A DNA stretch of 63,689 nt, counting the filler. It is 7 parts of 7 records of this genome, joined end to end, with 100 filler letters (N's around TTAATTAATTAA, not from the genome) between each part and the next. Parts side by side here need not be neighbours in the genome. Positions count along the whole stretch, not along the records: positions 57,607 to 63,689 come from SRR31147125_15643; 6 more parts are not named here. The stretch is one strand, 5' to 3'. Positions 61,450-63,689 of the stretch are shown here, piece by piece. The translations under genes and the position numbers were made by a program. The notes under the pieces were generated by a model that searched no databases, was not told the origin of the DNA, and saw nothing but the letters and a program-made list of their open reading frames with translations. Position 1 is the stretch's first letter, and every line of letters starts with the position of its first letter.

Positions 61450-62838
61450 CTAGCGAGATTGAATAATTGCCTCAACTTCATCTGGTGTTATTGGAATACG
61501 TTTTCCAATTAATTCGCACCCATCTTTAGTAATCAGTAAGTCATCTTCTAAACGAATGCCTCCAAAATCACGATATTGATTAACTTTCTCAAAATTGATA
61601 AAATCGGTGTTTGTTTTTTCTGCTTTCCATTTGTCAATTAATGCCGGGATGAAATAAATGCCTGGTTCATTGGTAATAACATAACCTTTTTCAAGTTTTT
61701 TACCTAAACGTAAATATGCAGTTCCAAATTGATTAACAGGACGAGTTTCATCATCATAACCAACATGAGTTTGACCAAGATCTTCCATGTCATGAACATC
61801 AAGTCCCATCATGTGCCCTAGTCCATGAGGAAAAAAAGCGCATGTGCCCCTGCTTTTACAGCTTCTTTTACATTTCCTTTCATTAATCCAAGTGCTTTCA
61901 GTCCCAATGCAATTACTTCAGCTACTTCTAAATGTATTGATAAGTATGTTGTTCCGGGGCTTGCCAACTTTGTCGCATGATTATTTGCCGCAAGTACAAT
62001 CTCATAAATTTCACGTTGCTTTTGTGTGAACTTACCACCAACAGGAGAGGTTCTGGTAAAGTCCGACGCATATTTCATTGTTGACTCAGCTCCAGCATCA
62101 ACAAGCATTAACTTGCCTTCTTCTAAAATATTTGAATGATCATGATTGTGCAGGGTTTCTCCATTCTGAGATAGGATTATAGGGAAAGATGGAACACTGC
62201 CGTGAGCAATTGAAATCCCTTCAATTGTTCCTGCAATTTTTTGTTCCCAAGTGCCTGATTGAGCCATTCTCATAGCAGTAACATGCATTTCATATCCTGC
62301 ATTAGCCGCTTTAATAAGTTCGTTAATTTCACAATCTTCTTTAATCGATCTTAAAGCAATAACTGCTTTTGTTAATTCAAGTGAAGCATATTCACTTTGC
62401 TTATTGGCCGAGATTCCTAATAGCTCGTGTAATAATAGTTTATTTTCAGCGCGATAGGGGGAGAAAATGAATCTTTCTACCTTTCTTGATCGCATTTGAA
62501 ATAGTATCTGTAAGTTTATTAAAAGGTCGTGATTTATGTATTCCAACTTTAGCTGCATTTTCTCTAAATGCAACCTGTGTTCCCATCCAAATAATGTCTT
62601 CTATTTCAACATCATTGCCAAAGAGAGTTTCTTCACCTGTATCTACATCAATAACACCTGCAAGTTGTTGAAAATCCAACCCAAAAAAGTATAGGAAAGA
62701 ACTGTCTTGTCTGAAATGGAAGGTGTTAGCGGGATAATTCATTGGCGAATCCACATTTCCTAATAGTAAAATAACACCTTCTGATACTTTTTCTTTTAAC
62801 TTTCTTCTTCTTTCAGTATAAATTTTGGCTTCAAACAT
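61450..62838 (-). CDS. pepP: Xaa-Pro aminopeptidase, two apparent frameshifts (~62458 G-run, ~61832 A-run)
   Basis: FRQDSSFLY, TLHN, DAGAE..YASDFTR, HG..H.MGLDVHD, TNEPGIY, GGIRLEDD spread over three frames. Confidence 0.88.
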
Positions 62839-63020
62839 TGTCGAAATATTAATGGATTAAACTGTGGTGAAAGATATGAAATAAAAGAGGATGCATACAT
62901 GATTTTTCTCGCCAATAACTTTCAATTTAAGAATAAATATTGAGTTTTTTAGATACTAATAAACATATAACAGAAAAAAATGGAGACGTAAACTTCATTA
63001 AAACACTTAAAGCTACAACC

Positions 63021-63689
63021 ATGAATAATTCTTTGCTTAACTACATGAATAAACGATTAGGGCAAAAGGAAGCTATGAAAACTCATTCTAGCCAATCTGC
63101 AGGACCTGTAATTACGATATCGAGAGATGTAGGTTGTGGTGGATTGAAAATTGCAAGAAAAATTGCACATTCATTGAATGAAACAACTGTCTGTAAAAAA
63201 TGGCAAGTGTTTAGTAAAGAGGTTTTTGCGGAAAGTGCCAAAGAGCTGGAGTTGCATCCTCAAAAAGTCAATCGATTGTTTTCAGGTGATGAACGGTTTG
63301 TGATGGATGAAGTGTTGGCTGCTTTTAGTGATAAGCGTTTTAAAAGTGACCGAGTAATAAAAAAAGGAGTAAGGGAAGTTATACGTACTTTTGCAATTAG
63401 TGGATGTTGTATTATTGTAGGAAGGGCTGCACATATTTTGGCTGGTGATATTGAAAACTCTTTACACTTGAAGCTTACAGCTCCTATAGATTGGCGAATT
63501 TCAAAGATTGCTTCTAATCATAGCGTGTCAGAGAAAGAGGCATTGGGGTTTATTCAAAAGACAGAGAAGGATCGCTCTCATTTTCGAAAGCAGTTTGTTA
63601 AAGTAGCCAGTAAGGCTGATGAATTTGACTTAATTATAAACGTTTCAAAATTTACAACAGAAAATATTGTCAAAATTGTTCAATCTGCT
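63021..63689 (+). CDS. Cytidylate kinase-like family protein, runs off the window end
   Basis: My translation: GPVITISRDVGCGG, IIVGRA, LTAPIDWR, FDLIIN. Confidence 0.8.
   Translation, partial: MNNSLLNYMNKRLGQKEAMKTHSSQSAGPVITISRDVGCGGLKIARKIAHSLNETTVCKKWQVFSKEVFAESAKELELHPQKVNRLFSGDERFVMDEVLAAFSDKRFKSDRVIKKGVREVIRTFAISGCCIIVGRAAHILAGDIENSLHLKLTAPIDWRISKIASNHSVSEKEALGFIQKTEKDRSHFRKQFVKVASKADEFDLIINVSKFTTENIVKIVQSA

Overview
This is not one genome segment. It is seven unrelated contigs joined by six artificial 100-nt linkers (N44-TTAATTAATTAA-N44), as in a metagenome pseudomolecule. Contig 1 (1-11180): minus-strand Wzx/Wzy surface-polysaccharide locus, Bacteroidota-like. Contig 2 (11281-21469): accessory/defence island with a decaying integron-type cassette array and no integrase in view (DUF2971, an orphan 196-aa protein, DUF3800-wHTH, a CoiA-like nuclease). 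It also holds a hairpin-rich module with a 75-aa ORF resembling an N4-like phage left-end/early unit, a mobile-element Zn-finger gene, a cluster of tRNA-3'-end/att-like scars, and an AAA ATPase + S8 protease (IetAS-type) pair. Contig 3 (21570-27687): nonulosonic-acid/glycan-modification operon. Contig 4 (27788-39089): Clostridia-like YtrA/ABC operon, two-component system, DnaD/DnaC. Contig 5 (39190-46287): hydantoinase+HDAC pair, SQR-DUF1641-TusE-DsrE sulfur operon, sigma54-driven HEAT protein. Contig 6 (46388-57506): recombinase remnant, LysR-TctCBA-dehydratase-MBL catabolic operon, TetR-controlled FAD/Fe-S oxidoreductases. Contig 7 (57607-63689): Bacteroidota-like housekeeping genes (rlmF, kinases, thioredoxin, pepP). 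About ten genes carry single-base frameshifts in homopolymer or simple-repeat tracts, most likely sequencing errors. The best candidate for an undescribed system is contig 2. Family and taxon calls come from motif recognition by eye; no database search was run.
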